A stretch of DNA of 64,000 bases, taken from the NCBI RefSeq assembly GCF_006345805.1, contig NC_043010.1:67580001-67644000 (forward strand), given 5' to 3'. Numbering within the stretch: position 1 is the stretch's first letter; each line of letters opens with the position of its first letter. A program made the position numbers and the translations under genes. Below, piece by piece: positions 50,847 through 63,763 of the stretch. The notes under the pieces are model-generated. The model ran no database searches. It was not told the DNA's origin and was given only the letters and a program-made list of their open reading frames with translations. The stretch comes from Octopus sinensis (Eukaryota).

Positions 50847-51395
50847 GCAAAATTTTTTCCCATGAGAGTTCCGGACCCCAGTAATGAACTCATTTACATA
50901 CAGCCAATCAGAGCTCCCCTTGACCTTGTTGTCAAGTTAACAAACTCTCTCTACCAAGTAAACTCAAGACGAAAAACGGTGCTGTAAGTCGACCGATTGC
51001 CAAGTTATGCCTGGTTTTAGAAGGAGACAAGTGATTAGATAGATTTGCATCTATAGATATTATCGGATTTTGTTAGGGCCCCTTATGGTAAAGATGTGGA
51101 TGGGGAAAATATGGGTAGAGGGTGATGTGCTAGCAACCCTCTCCCCTTACTGTTTTACAAAGTAAACAACAACACAAATAACTACGCAGAAGCAGCCATG
51201 GTTGGAACAAGAACAAGAACAACAAGCATTATTAAAAGAGAAAAGAAACATGGTCATTCCTTAACCAAGTGACCTTATCTTATCGCCCACCACTTGTTAT
51301 GCGCGCATAAATTAGTTTGATAGTTGAACTCTGATTGGCTGTATGCAAATGAGTTCATAACTGGGGTCCGGAACTCTCGTGGGAAAAAAATTCGC
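50847..51395. mobile_element. MULE (Mutator)-like non-autonomous element inserted in a SINE-A copy
   Basis: ~67-bp TIRs (50847-50913, 51329-51395); perfect 9-bp TSD GAGCCGTAA at 50838-50846 and 51396-51404. Confidence 0.8.
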
Positions 51396-51897
51396 GAGCC
51401 GTAACTAAATAAAGCATCACATTTATCCAGCGCGCTAACGATTCTGCCAATAATGATTTCTAACTTAGGTTCAAGGCCACCCATTTGGAGTGGGGGGTGG
51501 GGTTACTGTCGATTTTATCGTTCCATTGAGTAACTTTTATCTTTTACTTGTTTCAGTCAATGGACAGCGGCCATGCTGGGGCACCGGCTCGAAGAGTTTT
51601 TTGTCGAACGAGTTTGCCCAGTAACTATTTCTATATTTAAAGCCTGGTACTTATTCAATCGGTGTCCTTTTGCTATGTTATGTAGACGCAAACAAACCAA
51701 CACCGTTTGTCAAGCGATGGTACAGGACAAACGCAAAGGCATACATACATACACACATTGGCTCGGTAACAAAGAATGCCGGCGCATCCCCACTTTTTGG
51801 AGGGGTAATGAAAACGCTTTGAACAAACATTCTCCTGAAAAACTGGGCTTGCACCCGCTAAGTAAATTTCATTCCCGCACTTACATACATACATACA

Positions 51898-52433
51898 TAC
51901 TCTTTTACTCTTTTAGTTGTTTCAGTCATTTGACTGTGGCCATGCTGGAGCACCGCCTTTAGTCGAGCAAATCGACCCCAGGACTTATTCTTTGGAAGCC
52001 TAGTACTTATTCTATTAGTCTCTTTTGCCGAACCGCTAAATAACGGGGACGTAAACACACCAATATCGGTTGTCAAGCAATGTTGGGGGGACAAACACAG
52101 ACACACAAACATACACACATACACACACAAATATATAAAATATATATACATATATACGACGGGCTTCTTTCAGTTTCCATCAACCAAGGTCGGCCCGAAG
52201 CTATAGTAGAAGAGACGTAAACACACCAATATCGGTTGTCAAGCATTGTTGGGAGGACAAACACAGACACACAAACATACACACACACACATATTTGAAA
52301 TATATATACATATATACGACGGGCTTCTTTCAGTTTCCATCAACCAAGGTCGGCCCGAGGCTATAGTAGAAGACTGAACCCGGAACCATGTGGTTGGTAA
52401 GCAAGTTACTTACCACACAGCCACTCCTGCGCC
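51898..52433 (-). mobile_element. SINE-B with ~168-bp internal tandem duplication
   Basis: GTAAACACACCAATATCGG..CTATAGTAGAAG block occurs twice. Confidence 0.85.
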
Positions 52434-54877
52434 TATATAATTCGAAATGTAAACAATAATAAACCATAAAAGATGGACGACTGTAGCAAGATTGTTGAGA
52501 GTAAATGAATTTGTTTGAGAGAGAAATTAAAGAGTTTACCAAAAGATTTAGTGTTGGAATGTGGTTTGTGGTATCAGCCACGTGCCTCACTTCGTAATTA
52601 TTTTTGTTCATTCATTTTTGTTTTTCATCGGAATTTTATATTTATTTATCATCGAAAATGAAACTAAACTAACAGTAAGATGAGAAATAATGTTTATTTT
52701 TGTATACTTCCACTTTATTTATATTTGAAAATTTTCCTCTTATCTTTTTTGATTGTAAAATGTTTTTTTTTTATCAGAATCTCAAAATTACTCTTACGTA
52801 AAAATGTCTGCTTCTATACTTTGTAGAGATAAAGGCATCCCGAATATAATTTTTGCACGTTTAAAGAGATTTCTTTTGTGCCATAAACCATTTACCATTT
52901 CTGTGGTACCTCTACCACCACCACCACCACCATCACCACCACTTTCCCTTGCTGTCTTAAGCACGTGCTTATTTTGCTTAATGGTTAATCCAGCGCTGGA
53001 CTTGGGATTCACAACATAAAGGAAATAGTAAGAGCACAGGGCATTTCTATCCGACGCTCCGCCAGTTCTATATCGTTGAGTGGCGGAGTTTCTGATCGAA
53101 ACACACCATGGAACCCACTTCGACGAGAACTCCGCCTGTTGGATTTTTATAACTACTTTCGGTTTTCTCCCCCTTTATCATAGATTATATGACTTGGCTT
53201 TCAAGAGCTGGCAGAAACGTTAGCACGCCGGGCGAAATGCGTAGCCGTATTTCGTCTGTCGTTACGTTCCGAGTTCAAATTCCGCCGAGGTCGACTTTGC
53301 CTTTCATCCTTTCGGGGTCGATTAAATAAGTACCATTTACGCACTGGGGTCGATATAATCGACTTAATCCGTTTGTCTGTCCTTGTTTGTCCCCTCTGTG
53401 TTTAGCCCCTTGTGGGTAGTAAAGAAATAGATACTAAATAGCAATAGCGCAAACCGTTTTTTTCCGTCGCTCCACCAGTTCTATGGTTAACTTTTATCAC
53501 TAAATTCGCTTTTGTTTCCCCCCTTATCTTATCAGAGATTCGCTTTGACAGCCAAGCGGAGATAACTCTAGCCGCATTTTCGATCTTAAACAACAACAAA
53601 ACATTCATTCAGTTGTTTTTCATCTGTCAAAATCCTGACTCGAAATCGGGAGAGGAAGAAGAAAAAAAAATTATATTCACACCACAATAGATGCGTGTAC
53701 GTGTACGCAATGTGTATCAATTGAATTTCAAGTGTACGCGCATGTATTTTAATTTTCATTTCTGGGTAGCTTGGCTGAGTTAACTAACTAAAATAGCTAT
53801 TTGGATGGTTGTTGCTTTGTCTAGCTTAGTTGGCTCGCTAGGCTAACTTGGTTGACTGGGTTAGTTAAGTTGGTTGGCTGTTTGGCTTGTGTTTGTTTTT
53901 ATTTTGGGGTAGTTTTATTTTTTTTCGTTATACTTTTATTTTAAAGACTGAAAAACGAAACAGATTTATATGTTTTCTTTCTTTTTTAAATATAAGACAA
54001 ACAAAAAGAAAACGGTAAAACATTAGCAAACCAGTAGAAAGCGAAGGTAGCTGGAAAGAAGGAAAAAGCAGAAAGAAAAACAACAACAACAACTACAACA
54101 ACAAACAAAAAAGGAAGAGTACATGTGATCCTAGAAAACCAACCAAACGACACTAAACGGGGGAACTGGCTGGCTTCAAAGGCTGGCGCGTATACGTCTC
54201 CATACAACATACAGCATTCACTCAATTAGAGATAAAGAAAGAAAGAAAGAGAAATAGACAGGACAGCCAGAGAGATTCATACGGACATTTCAACTTTTTA
54301 TATATACCACGCGAACGTATATATATATATATATATATACATATATATATAAACACACCACACGCGTAACACATATACATGAAGCCAGACATACACATAC
54401 TCAGACAGACGCGTGTGCAGGACACATGAGAGAAAATACGAACGACCTGAAGCTCGTAAGACTATAAAAGACCAGTCATCAATATATTTATTTCTCAATA
54501 TCTATCAATCGATATATAATATATATATATATTATATATTATATATATTTTCATATGCATAGATAGATTTACCAAGCTTGGCAGGTAAGAATATGGCTCA
54601 ACTAGCCTTTATTTTTTTTCTTGTATATTTTCCTCTCATTCATCGTCATCCGTTTTTTGTTTTGTTTCTTTCTTTAACTGGTTTGTTTATATACGCTTGC
54701 TTTGTTTCCATGTCGTTTTGGCTTCATTTCTCACTTCCCGTCTATCACACACGCATATATATATATACACACATACATACGTACACATATACACTATTCC
54801 AGCTAATTTTTTTAGCAGTTAGTCATCTAACCATCTTTGAGACGGAACCTGATCCCATTCTTTTCTTTGCTTATACA

Positions 54878-54912
<35 letters not shown>

Positions 54913-55041
54913 GTTGTGTCTGTATAGATAGATAACGGAATATCAACAACCCAGTCTCAGAGGGGGTCTGCAAGGATCCTGGGTCTCCAACTCTTTCTGT
55001 AGCTCAGCAAATAAAAAATACACAGAATATATATATATATA

Positions 55042-55432
55042 CTAGCAGTATCGCCCGGCGTTGCTCGGGTTTGTAAGGGAAATAACTATATAAGCATTTT
55101 TAGAGAGTTATAGCCAAAAAATAGCAAAAAAATGGGAAAAAAAATAATGGTAAATTTTTTTTTTAATCGTTGACTATTCGTAGACATTTTTAGAGAGTTA
55201 CTTCCCTTATATAATAGCGAAAAAATGCATTAAAATGGAAAAAAATGATGGTAATTTTTTTTTTAAATCGTAGACTCATCGTAGACGCGCGCTAATACCC
55301 AGAAGGGCTCGATATGAATCACGACTATAAGATACCCGGTTTTGGTTAAACTGCACCGCAAAATGTGGGAGTAGTTAGGAATCTAAATCGTAGGAGACAG
55401 ACACAACACAACTTTACTTTTATATATAAAGA
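55042..55432 (-). mobile_element. Non-autonomous Helitron, tandem copy 1
   Basis: 5' TC, subterminal GC hairpin, 3' CTAG, inserted between A and T. Confidence 0.85.
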
Positions 55433-55567
55433 TATATATGTTGTGTCTATATAGATAGATAACGGAACATCAACAACCCAGTCTCAGAGGGGTCTGCAAG
55501 GATCCTGGGTCTCCAACTCTTTCTGTAGCTCAGCAAATAAAAAATACACAGAATATATATATATATA

Positions 55568-55958
55568 CTAGCAGTATCGCCCGGCGTTGCTCGGGTTTGT
55601 AAGGGAAATAACTATATAAGCATTTTTAGAGAGTTATAGCCAAAAAATAGCAAAAAAATGGGAAAAAAAATAATGGTAAATTTTTTTTTTAATCGTTGAC
55701 TATTCGTAGACATTTTTAGAGAGTTACTTCCCTTATATAATAGCGAAAAAATGCATTAAAATGGAAAAAAATGATGGTAATTTTTTTTTTAAATCGTAGA
55801 CTCATCGTAGACGCGCGCTAATACCCAGAAGGGCTCGATATGAATCACGACTATAAGATACCCGGTTTTGGTTAAACTGCACCGCAAAATGTGGGAGTAG
55901 TTAGGAATCTAAATCGTAGGAGACAGACACAACACAACTTCTCTTTTATATATAAAGA
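55568..55958 (-). mobile_element. Non-autonomous Helitron, tandem copy 2
   Basis: Near-identical to 55042-55432; period 526 bp. Confidence 0.85.
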
Positions 55959-56925
55959 TATATATGTTGTGTCTATATAGATAGATAACGGAACATCAAC
56001 AACCCAGTCTCAGAGGGGTCTGCAACTCTTTTCTGTAGCTAAGCAAATAAAAAAAATACACAGAATATATATATACAATCCTTTGTTTTGCCTGTAAAAT
56101 CGTTAAATCCTTCCTAACAGCAAACCAGCTGAAAGCTTTATGTACAATCTGTTGAATGGTAAAAAAATTTGCAATATTTCCGTTTTAAATTAATTTTTTT
56201 TTTCTTTTCGGAAGTTTATATTTTTAATTTAGTTACGAAAGGTCGTTTGCCTGAAGTGTTTTGTTTTTTTGTACCCTGGAAATTCTAAAGGCGAAATCCA
56301 ATACGTTTCTGTATTAAATGTTATTGTATATATGCATATATATTACTAAACCTGTGTCGATAGACATCCACACGTGAATGTGTCTATATTTTCACCTTTG
56401 TTATAGCTAGATGTTCACACACGTATTAACATTAACGAAGGCAATATACCATATTTATGTATACATACACACACACAAATATAAACAAAGGCACGCATGT
56501 ATCTTTAGGTATACACACAAACATAAAGGAGACATATATAAATATATATATATATAATATATATACAGATTCATAGAAACATAAACAAATACATACACAA
56601 GCATAAACAAAGCTGTGTGTATATATATATATATTTATATACGACGTTTTTATATTTATCTCCCAAGACATATATACATACATAGGCCTACAAACTTAAA
56701 GGAAGTATACGTGTGTGTATATTTATATATACAAACATAAACAAAGGCAGATATGTGTATTTATATGCAACCACACACACACACTACATATATATATATA
56801 TATACATACATACACGAAGCATAAACAATGTCATATATATACTTGGGCAATCTAATATAAATAATAGATGTATATATATATATATATATGCATATATGGG
56901 TACAGGACCTCACCAACTGTGCACG

Positions 56926-56971
<46 letters not shown>

Positions 56972-57705
56972 GATAGATGCATAGATATAGATGTGTGTGT
57001 ATATCTATATATATAATATACACACACATATATATAAAATGGCAAGGAAGTCCTTTGTTGTATTCATTTACAGTTTGATATTTTGTCTATCTTTATTTCC
57101 TGTTACGTTTTATTAATTTTTTTTTAATCTGACAACAACAATAACAACACTAATGTCTTATCTAATAATAAATGCTATTTACTCCTATTTAAAACTCTGT
57201 GCTCGCTGTCTTATCATCTTCATAATTATTATTCGCTATTCTTAGTTTAATAATTGTCCTACTAAGACTACTAAGACTGTTTATTTTAGACTGTTGTCGC
57301 CATCACCTCTGACTAACTAGTTTGTTTCTTGGTTATTATTATTATTTTTTTGGTTCATTCTTAATCGTTGTTGCTAACGTTTTATTATTGGGATCGTCAT
57401 CATCATCATCATCGTTATTATTATTATTATTATTGGTAGTGGTGTTTGTTGCTATTAATATTGTTGTTGGTTGTGGTGTGTGTGTGTGTGTGTGTAGGGA
57501 GATAGCATCATCATCAGCAGCACAGCATTAATAGCTATTGTTTTAGTCACCTCTTGTGTGTATAAATGTTTGTGTGTATGTACGTGTCTGCGTGTACATA
57601 TTTGTTTGTGTGTACATGTATGTATATTTGTGTGTATGTTTGTATGCATGTACATATAAAATGATGGATAGTGCTTTAGTCATTTTACACACACACACGT
57701 GTGTA

Positions 57706-57760
<55 letters not shown>

Positions 57761-57840
57761 TCATACCTACTCACAGTGTATGTGTGTGAATGTATCTACA
57801 TATATAAAGTGATCTCGTTTTAGTCATTTTACACACACAC

Positions 57841-57875
<35 letters not shown>

Positions 57876-58104
57876 CACACATGTACACACTCATACCTAC
57901 TCACAGTGTGTGTGTGTAAATGTGTATATATACATACATGTGTGTGTGTAAAATGACTAAAGCACTATCCATATATATATATATATATATACGCACATAC
58001 ACACATGTACACACTCATACCTACTCATAGTGTGTGTGTGTAATTGTGTATATATATATACATACATGTGTGTGTGTGTGTAAAATGACTAAAGCACTAT
58101 CCAT

Positions 58105-58135
<31 letters not shown>

Positions 58136-59376
58136 CATACACACACACACACACACTTACACATATGTACACACTCATACCTACTCAGTGTGTGTGTGTG
58201 TATGAATGTATCTACATATATAAAATAATCTTGTGTTAGTCATTTTACACACATATATATATACTTTCATATATGTATATACACATACATATTTATATAT
58301 ATTTATATATATATGATTGAAACAGTATCTCCATTATGTGCGTGTGTGTGCGTCAGCATTAAATGTAAATAATGTTTATTTTAAAGTAAAAAAAAAAAAA
58401 ATCTTAGTCATTGATAATTGTATGAAGCTTTTGAGAACGGCATGAATATTGCATAATCCTTTATCAACAGTCTTCTTCATACAGATTCTGAAAACACTAT
58501 TTTCAACTATGATCGTCATCATCATCATCATCATCGTCATCAGTTTAGTCACTGTCTTTTGTTCATCTGCTTTTTCAGTCAGTTGCTCACCTCTAAGTCC
58601 ATTCAGATCAAAGAGACCCACGTTGAAAGGCACTCCAGCTGTGACCATCTTAGTTTGGGATTTTTTTTTTTTTTTGCTTTCATTGTTTTTTGTTATTGTT
58701 TTTTTTTTTTAGGGTGGAGTGTTTCTGGGAATATTTTATTCAAAGGGATCTTTTTTTGTTTGTTGTGTTCTTTTTACTGTATGGTGTGATTTTTGTGAAG
58801 GTGGTAGTGGTGGGGCGCGCGGATTGGTTATTATTTCTAGCAGGTCGAGTAAGCAACGTAGAGCAGGTACTTTGCCTTTCATCCTTTCGGGGTCGATAAA
58901 TTAAGTACCAGTTACGCACTGGGGTCGATGTAATCGACTTAATACCTATGTCTGTCCTTGTTTGTCCCCTCTGTGTTTAGCCCCTTGTGGGTAATAAAGA
59001 AATAGGTATGGGTAATCTTTTTCGAGGCATGGTTCATCATCAAAGGGACCGCACTTCTGAAAATATCCCTGGTAATTTTTCTTTGTTAGGTGTGCCACCC
59101 AATAAGTCCCGCGGACTGCAGTTTGCCCATGCATGACGACTTAGGGGCTCCCTCTCTGACTCGTCTCTTATTTGTACCTACATAGAAGTACTTGCCCTCT
59201 TCCATCAAAATTGCTGCTGGTCTTGTTCCAAAGTTAGAAAAAGATCGTTTAAGTTAATAATAAACTAGGCACAGGGCTAGCTTTGTGGAAAGAAGCTTGC
59301 TTCGGGTTCAGTCCCACTGCTTGGCACCTTGGGCAAGTGTCTTCAACTATAGCCCCAGACCGACCAGAGTTTTGTG

Positions 59377-59507
59377 CAGTGGGTACACTGGTCTGTCCCC
59401 TGGAGGCCTCACAGGTTTAGAGACCCAATTCTGATCTGTATTTACTGTAGCTTACTGTCAATAAATATTACAGGGCCCGTTGCTATAAACCTGTTACGAC
59501 GGCCCTG
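59377..59507. mobile_element. Small hAT-like insertion inside a SINE-B copy
   Basis: CAG..CTG termini; 8-bp TSD with 7/8 match (GTTTTGTG / GCTTTGTG); left TIR degenerate. Confidence 0.5.
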
Positions 59508-60590
59508 GCTTTGTGAGTGGATTTGGTGGACGGAAACTGGAAGAAACATGTCGTCTACATATATCCGTGTTTGTGCCCCAGCACTGGTGTTAGCGGTTCG
59601 TTCAACGGAGGCGAATGGGATAGCAACCAGGCTATGAAAAGAAATTTAGTACTAAGGTTCATTCGTTCGCCTAAAATTCTTCAGAGCAGTGCCCCAGCAT
59701 GGCTGCAGTCTGATGACCGAAACAAATAAAATATAGAAGATAATCTTTATTGGTCTTATAAATGATTTTGTTGCTGGTAGAATCGGTAAACTGCCAGAAT
59801 CTATAGAATTTTTTTTATTATTGTTGTTTCGCCTTGAATTCATTCAAATGAGTTTCAGTTAGTTTCGCCCTACCCCGACACGATAATACACTACCAGTCA
59901 AATAATATTACGGCGGGGGTCAGTAACCGATAGTTCTTTCCTTTCTCTCTATAAATTTGTCGTATTATATATAGTAGTTATGGTGTCAGCTGTGGTTGTG
60001 GATCAGATTAAACGTTTGCTGCTTATGAGTTCGGCCGTTCCTTTCTTTTCTTAGCACACAATTTACGTACGTGCGTGCATGCACGTATATGTGTTTGTGT
60101 GTGTGTTTGAGTTGTCCAATAGACCATAAGTCATGGAGAAGGTACACTCGTATAACTGTTAGTAGAGTGGGTATATTATCCGAATTTTGTAGTATTAAGT
60201 ATCCATCACGGCAACAAACCACTTATATAAAAAAAAATACGCTCATTAGAAGTAGCCGGCATGGAAGGGAACATGGCGACTGATCTCTAGTGCTAACAGT
60301 TGGAAATCCAGTGGAGAACAGTCCGCCATATTCCCATCCATGTTGGCTACCTCTGACGAGCGTATTTATGTAATTGGTCTGTTGCCTAACACTCCATTGT
60401 ATTTTTTGTGCGAAACTGATTGATAGGACTAGCTGGGGTTCATTTGTTCAACTAAAGGTGTTGCTCCAGTATAGTCGCAGTCAAATGACTGAAACAAATA
60501 AAAGAATATAGCAACACTGGTTACCAAACAGTGGGGATTCAGGGGTGGGAGGAGGGGTCAAGCACAGACTCGCACATAAATACATCATAC

Positions 60591-60621
<31 letters not shown>

Positions 60622-61174
60622 AATATGTACACACACACATATATGATGGGCTTCTTTCAGTTTCCATCTACCAAATCCACTCACAAGGCTTTGGTCAGCC
60701 CGAGGCTATAGTAGAAGACATTTGCCCAAGGTGCCACGCAGTGGGCCCAAACCCAGTATCATTTGGTTGGGAAGCAAGCTTCTTACCACACAGCCCAAAC
60801 CTGCACCTAATTCATATATTAAGCATTTTATTGTGTTTCTGTTATGTGCAGGAACTCTCAGTCCATGAAAATATTGTCCTGCGTGAAACCAGTCTGTGAT
60901 GCAAAAAAGGCTGGGAACCAATTCTGTATGGTTTCGAGCCAAGTGCTCAAAAGAGAAATGAATGCCAGGGAATTTCTCAAGAAACACTCACTTCCTGATG
61001 ATCTCATGTGAACCCAACTGTGCATGGTTGATTAGTTTACTTGAGCAAAGACCTAGTGGACATTTTCAGACGTTGTCTCCATCTTTACAATTCATGCGGC
61101 ATTTCACATGGAATATTTGGTCCTCCAAAGTTTTCTTAGTTTGTATAAGAATATGTCTACACTTGTTTATTTAA

Positions 61175-61377
61175 CCCTTTCATTACTCTATTTATCTTGA
61201 GATGCTCTGTGTTTCTTTCAGTTACTTTGAATATAACAAAGAACTTAGTAAAGTGACTTAGTTATTATTAAGCTAGTGTTAGGAACATAAATTGTGACTA
61301 ATGTTTGGTGGAAGATTTTAATTCAAAATTTATACTCAGAGCCAGAGCTGGTTTCAGCCAGGTTGGTATCAAAAGGG
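61175..61377. mobile_element. piggyBac-like MITE, copy 1
   Basis: TTAA|CCCTTT ... AAAGGG|TTAA. Confidence 0.75.
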
Positions 61378-61408
61378 TTAAGAATTGTTTCTCTATTATA
61401 TATTTTAA

Positions 61409-61625
61409 CCCTTTTGTTACTGTATTTATTTTGAGATGTTCTGTGTTTCTTTCAATTACTTTAAATATAACACAGAATTTAGTAAAGTAACTTAGTTGTT
61501 ATTCAGATAGTGTTAGGAACATAAATTGTGACTAAAGTCTGGTGAAAGATTTTTATTCAAAACTTATGAAAAGAAGACATTTGTACTCAGTGCCAGAGCC
61601 GGTTTCAGAGTTGGTAACAAAAGAG
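61409..61625. mobile_element. piggyBac-like MITE, copy 2 (tandem)
   Basis: TTAA|CCCTTTTGTTAC ... GTAACAAAAGAG|TTAA; homologous to copy 1. Confidence 0.75.
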
Positions 61626-62512
61626 TTAATACTGTAGGTGTAGGTGTGGCTGTGTGGTAAGAAATTTGCTTCCCAACCACATGATCGCAGGTTCAGTCCC
61701 ATTGTGCAGCACTTAGGACAGCTCCCAGGTCAATCAAAATCTACTGAGTGGATTTAGTACAAAACTGAAAGAAGCTCAGCATATGTATGTGTGTGTGTGT
61801 ATGTGTGTGTCTTCTCGCCACTGCTTGACAACTGGCAGTTTGGTAAAAAGAGGCCAATAAAATAAAACACCCTGCTTAAAAAAAAACAAAAAAAAATCCT
61901 GCTGGGTTTAATCTGCTTTAACTAAACCCTTTAAGTTTGGTGCCCTGGCATAGCCCGCAGTCCACTGACTGAAACAGGTTAAAGATGAAATCAATATTTA
62001 TGAACTTGCTTACAATTAAAACCAGCAAGATCATTTTTTTTTTTGCTTTTTTGCTTTTACTTACAAGCTCTAGATTTTGATGCCTCTGTATCAGTAGTTT
62101 TTGTTGTTGTTATTGTTGTTTACTGTTACCATAAGCAATATGGGCTGTTGTTTATTTATGCTAATACACATGTATATACAAGTTCGTTTACCTGTTACTA
62201 TTTATTGTTTTACCTTGTCTCTATAGTTTTCATATTGAACAACAAGTACACTGACTGATCCAACCAATAACAAAGGACTCTCTCACCCTCTCTCTATCTC
62301 TCTCTCTATCTCTATCTCTCTATTTCTTTCTCTTTCTCTATCTATCTAACTCTCTCTCTATCTCCCTCTCTTATCTCTATCTATCTATCAGCTGAAATTG
62401 CAAGGATGATCCGGTTCTTGACTGAAGATTGAAGGCTTCGAATGTCCCGTCTGTGTTTTTTGTATCGTCTTCTAAATATTTTGCATTCTTGTCCCAGTTT
62501 GTATTTTTTTAC

Positions 62513-62543
<31 letters not shown>

Positions 62544-62587
62544 TTAATATATATATATATATATATCTGTCTGTCTATATCTATCTC

Positions 62588-62626
<39 letters not shown>

Positions 62627-62695
62627 GTCTGTCTATATCTATCTCTATATGTATATATATATATATACTATATATATATATATTATATATATATA

Positions 62696-63075
62696 TAAAA
62701 TATTATTAGAGACAAAACCACTATTTTGCAAAAAAAACAAGGAAAGACTTAATCAATACAAAATTTTAATAAATAGTCAAAATAGTCAAAGAAATAGAGA
62801 GATAGAGATAGATAGATAGATAGAGAGTCATAATTTGAAACTGACTTGTAAATTGGAAGTCCACCTGAAGATTGTCGATCAAGACAAGTAACAATTGTAG
62901 TGGCGGATTTTTTGACTATTTATTAAAATTTTATTTATTGATTAAGTTTTTTCCTTGTTTTTTTGCAAATAGTGGTTTTGTCTCTAATAATATTTTATAA
63001 TATTTTACTATAAAATTGGATTTAATCCTAAATCTGATTTTTCCCTGTAAATTTGGATTTATTCCCTGATATTTA
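62696..63075 (+). mobile_element. Penelope-like terminal remnant, family A, with inverted partial copy
   Basis: ~87-bp inverted repeat 62696-62782 / 62910-62997; hammerhead-like motif in the loop; flanked by (TA)n. Confidence 0.55.
62861..62903 (+). ncRNA. Hammerhead ribozyme motif with A13-to-U core mutation
   Basis: CCAC-CTGAAGA-TTGTC-GATCAA-GACAA-GTAA-CAATTG-TA-GTGG. Confidence 0.5.
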
Positions 63076-63076
63076 T

Positions 63077-63111
<35 letters not shown>

Positions 63112-63238
63112 TATATATATATATATATATATATATCTGTCTATATCTATCTATATATATATATATATATATCTGTCTATATCTATCTATATATATATAT
63201 ATCTGTCTATATCTATCTCTATATCTATCTATCTATCT

Positions 63239-63269
<31 letters not shown>

Positions 63270-63312
63270 CGTCTATATCTATCTCTCTATCTATCTATAT
63301 ATATATATAATA

Positions 63313-63730
63313 TACTCTTTTACTCGTTTCAGTCATTTGACTGCGGCCATGCTGGAGCACCGCCTTTAATCGAGCAACTCGACCCCAGGACTTATTCTTT
63401 TGTAAGCCCAGTACTTATTTTATCGGTCTCTTTTGCCGAACCGCTAAGTAACGGGGACATAAACACACCAGCATCGGTTGTCAAGCAATGCTAGGGGGAC
63501 AAACACAGACACACAAACACACGCTTATATATATATATATACATATATACGATGGGCTTCTTTCAGTTTCCGTCAACCAAATCCACTCACAAGGCATTGG
63601 TCGGCCCGAGGCTATAGTAGAAGACACTTGCCCAAGGTACCACGCAGTGGGACTGAACCCGGAACCATGTGGTTGGTAAACAAGCTACTTACCACACAGC
63701 CACTCCTGCACCTATAGCCACTCCTGTGCC
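63313..63730 (-). mobile_element. SINE-B full length
   Basis: Reverse complement of consensus. Further partial copies near 3700, 16490, 17670, 19040, 20830, 23020, 26980, 41460, 51550, 59270, 60640, 61640. Confidence 0.9.
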
Positions 63731-63763
63731 TATATATATATATCTGTCTGTATCTATCTATAT

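Noticed and set aside
58376-59260. Short ORFs in non-repetitive-looking sequence (58376-58648, 58946-59134)
   Set aside because: Run into microsatellite or SINE sequence; no recognisable motifs or splice pairs
62425-62460. CTGAAGA followed by TTCGAA
   Set aside because: GAAA, stem III and stem I cannot be formed convincingly
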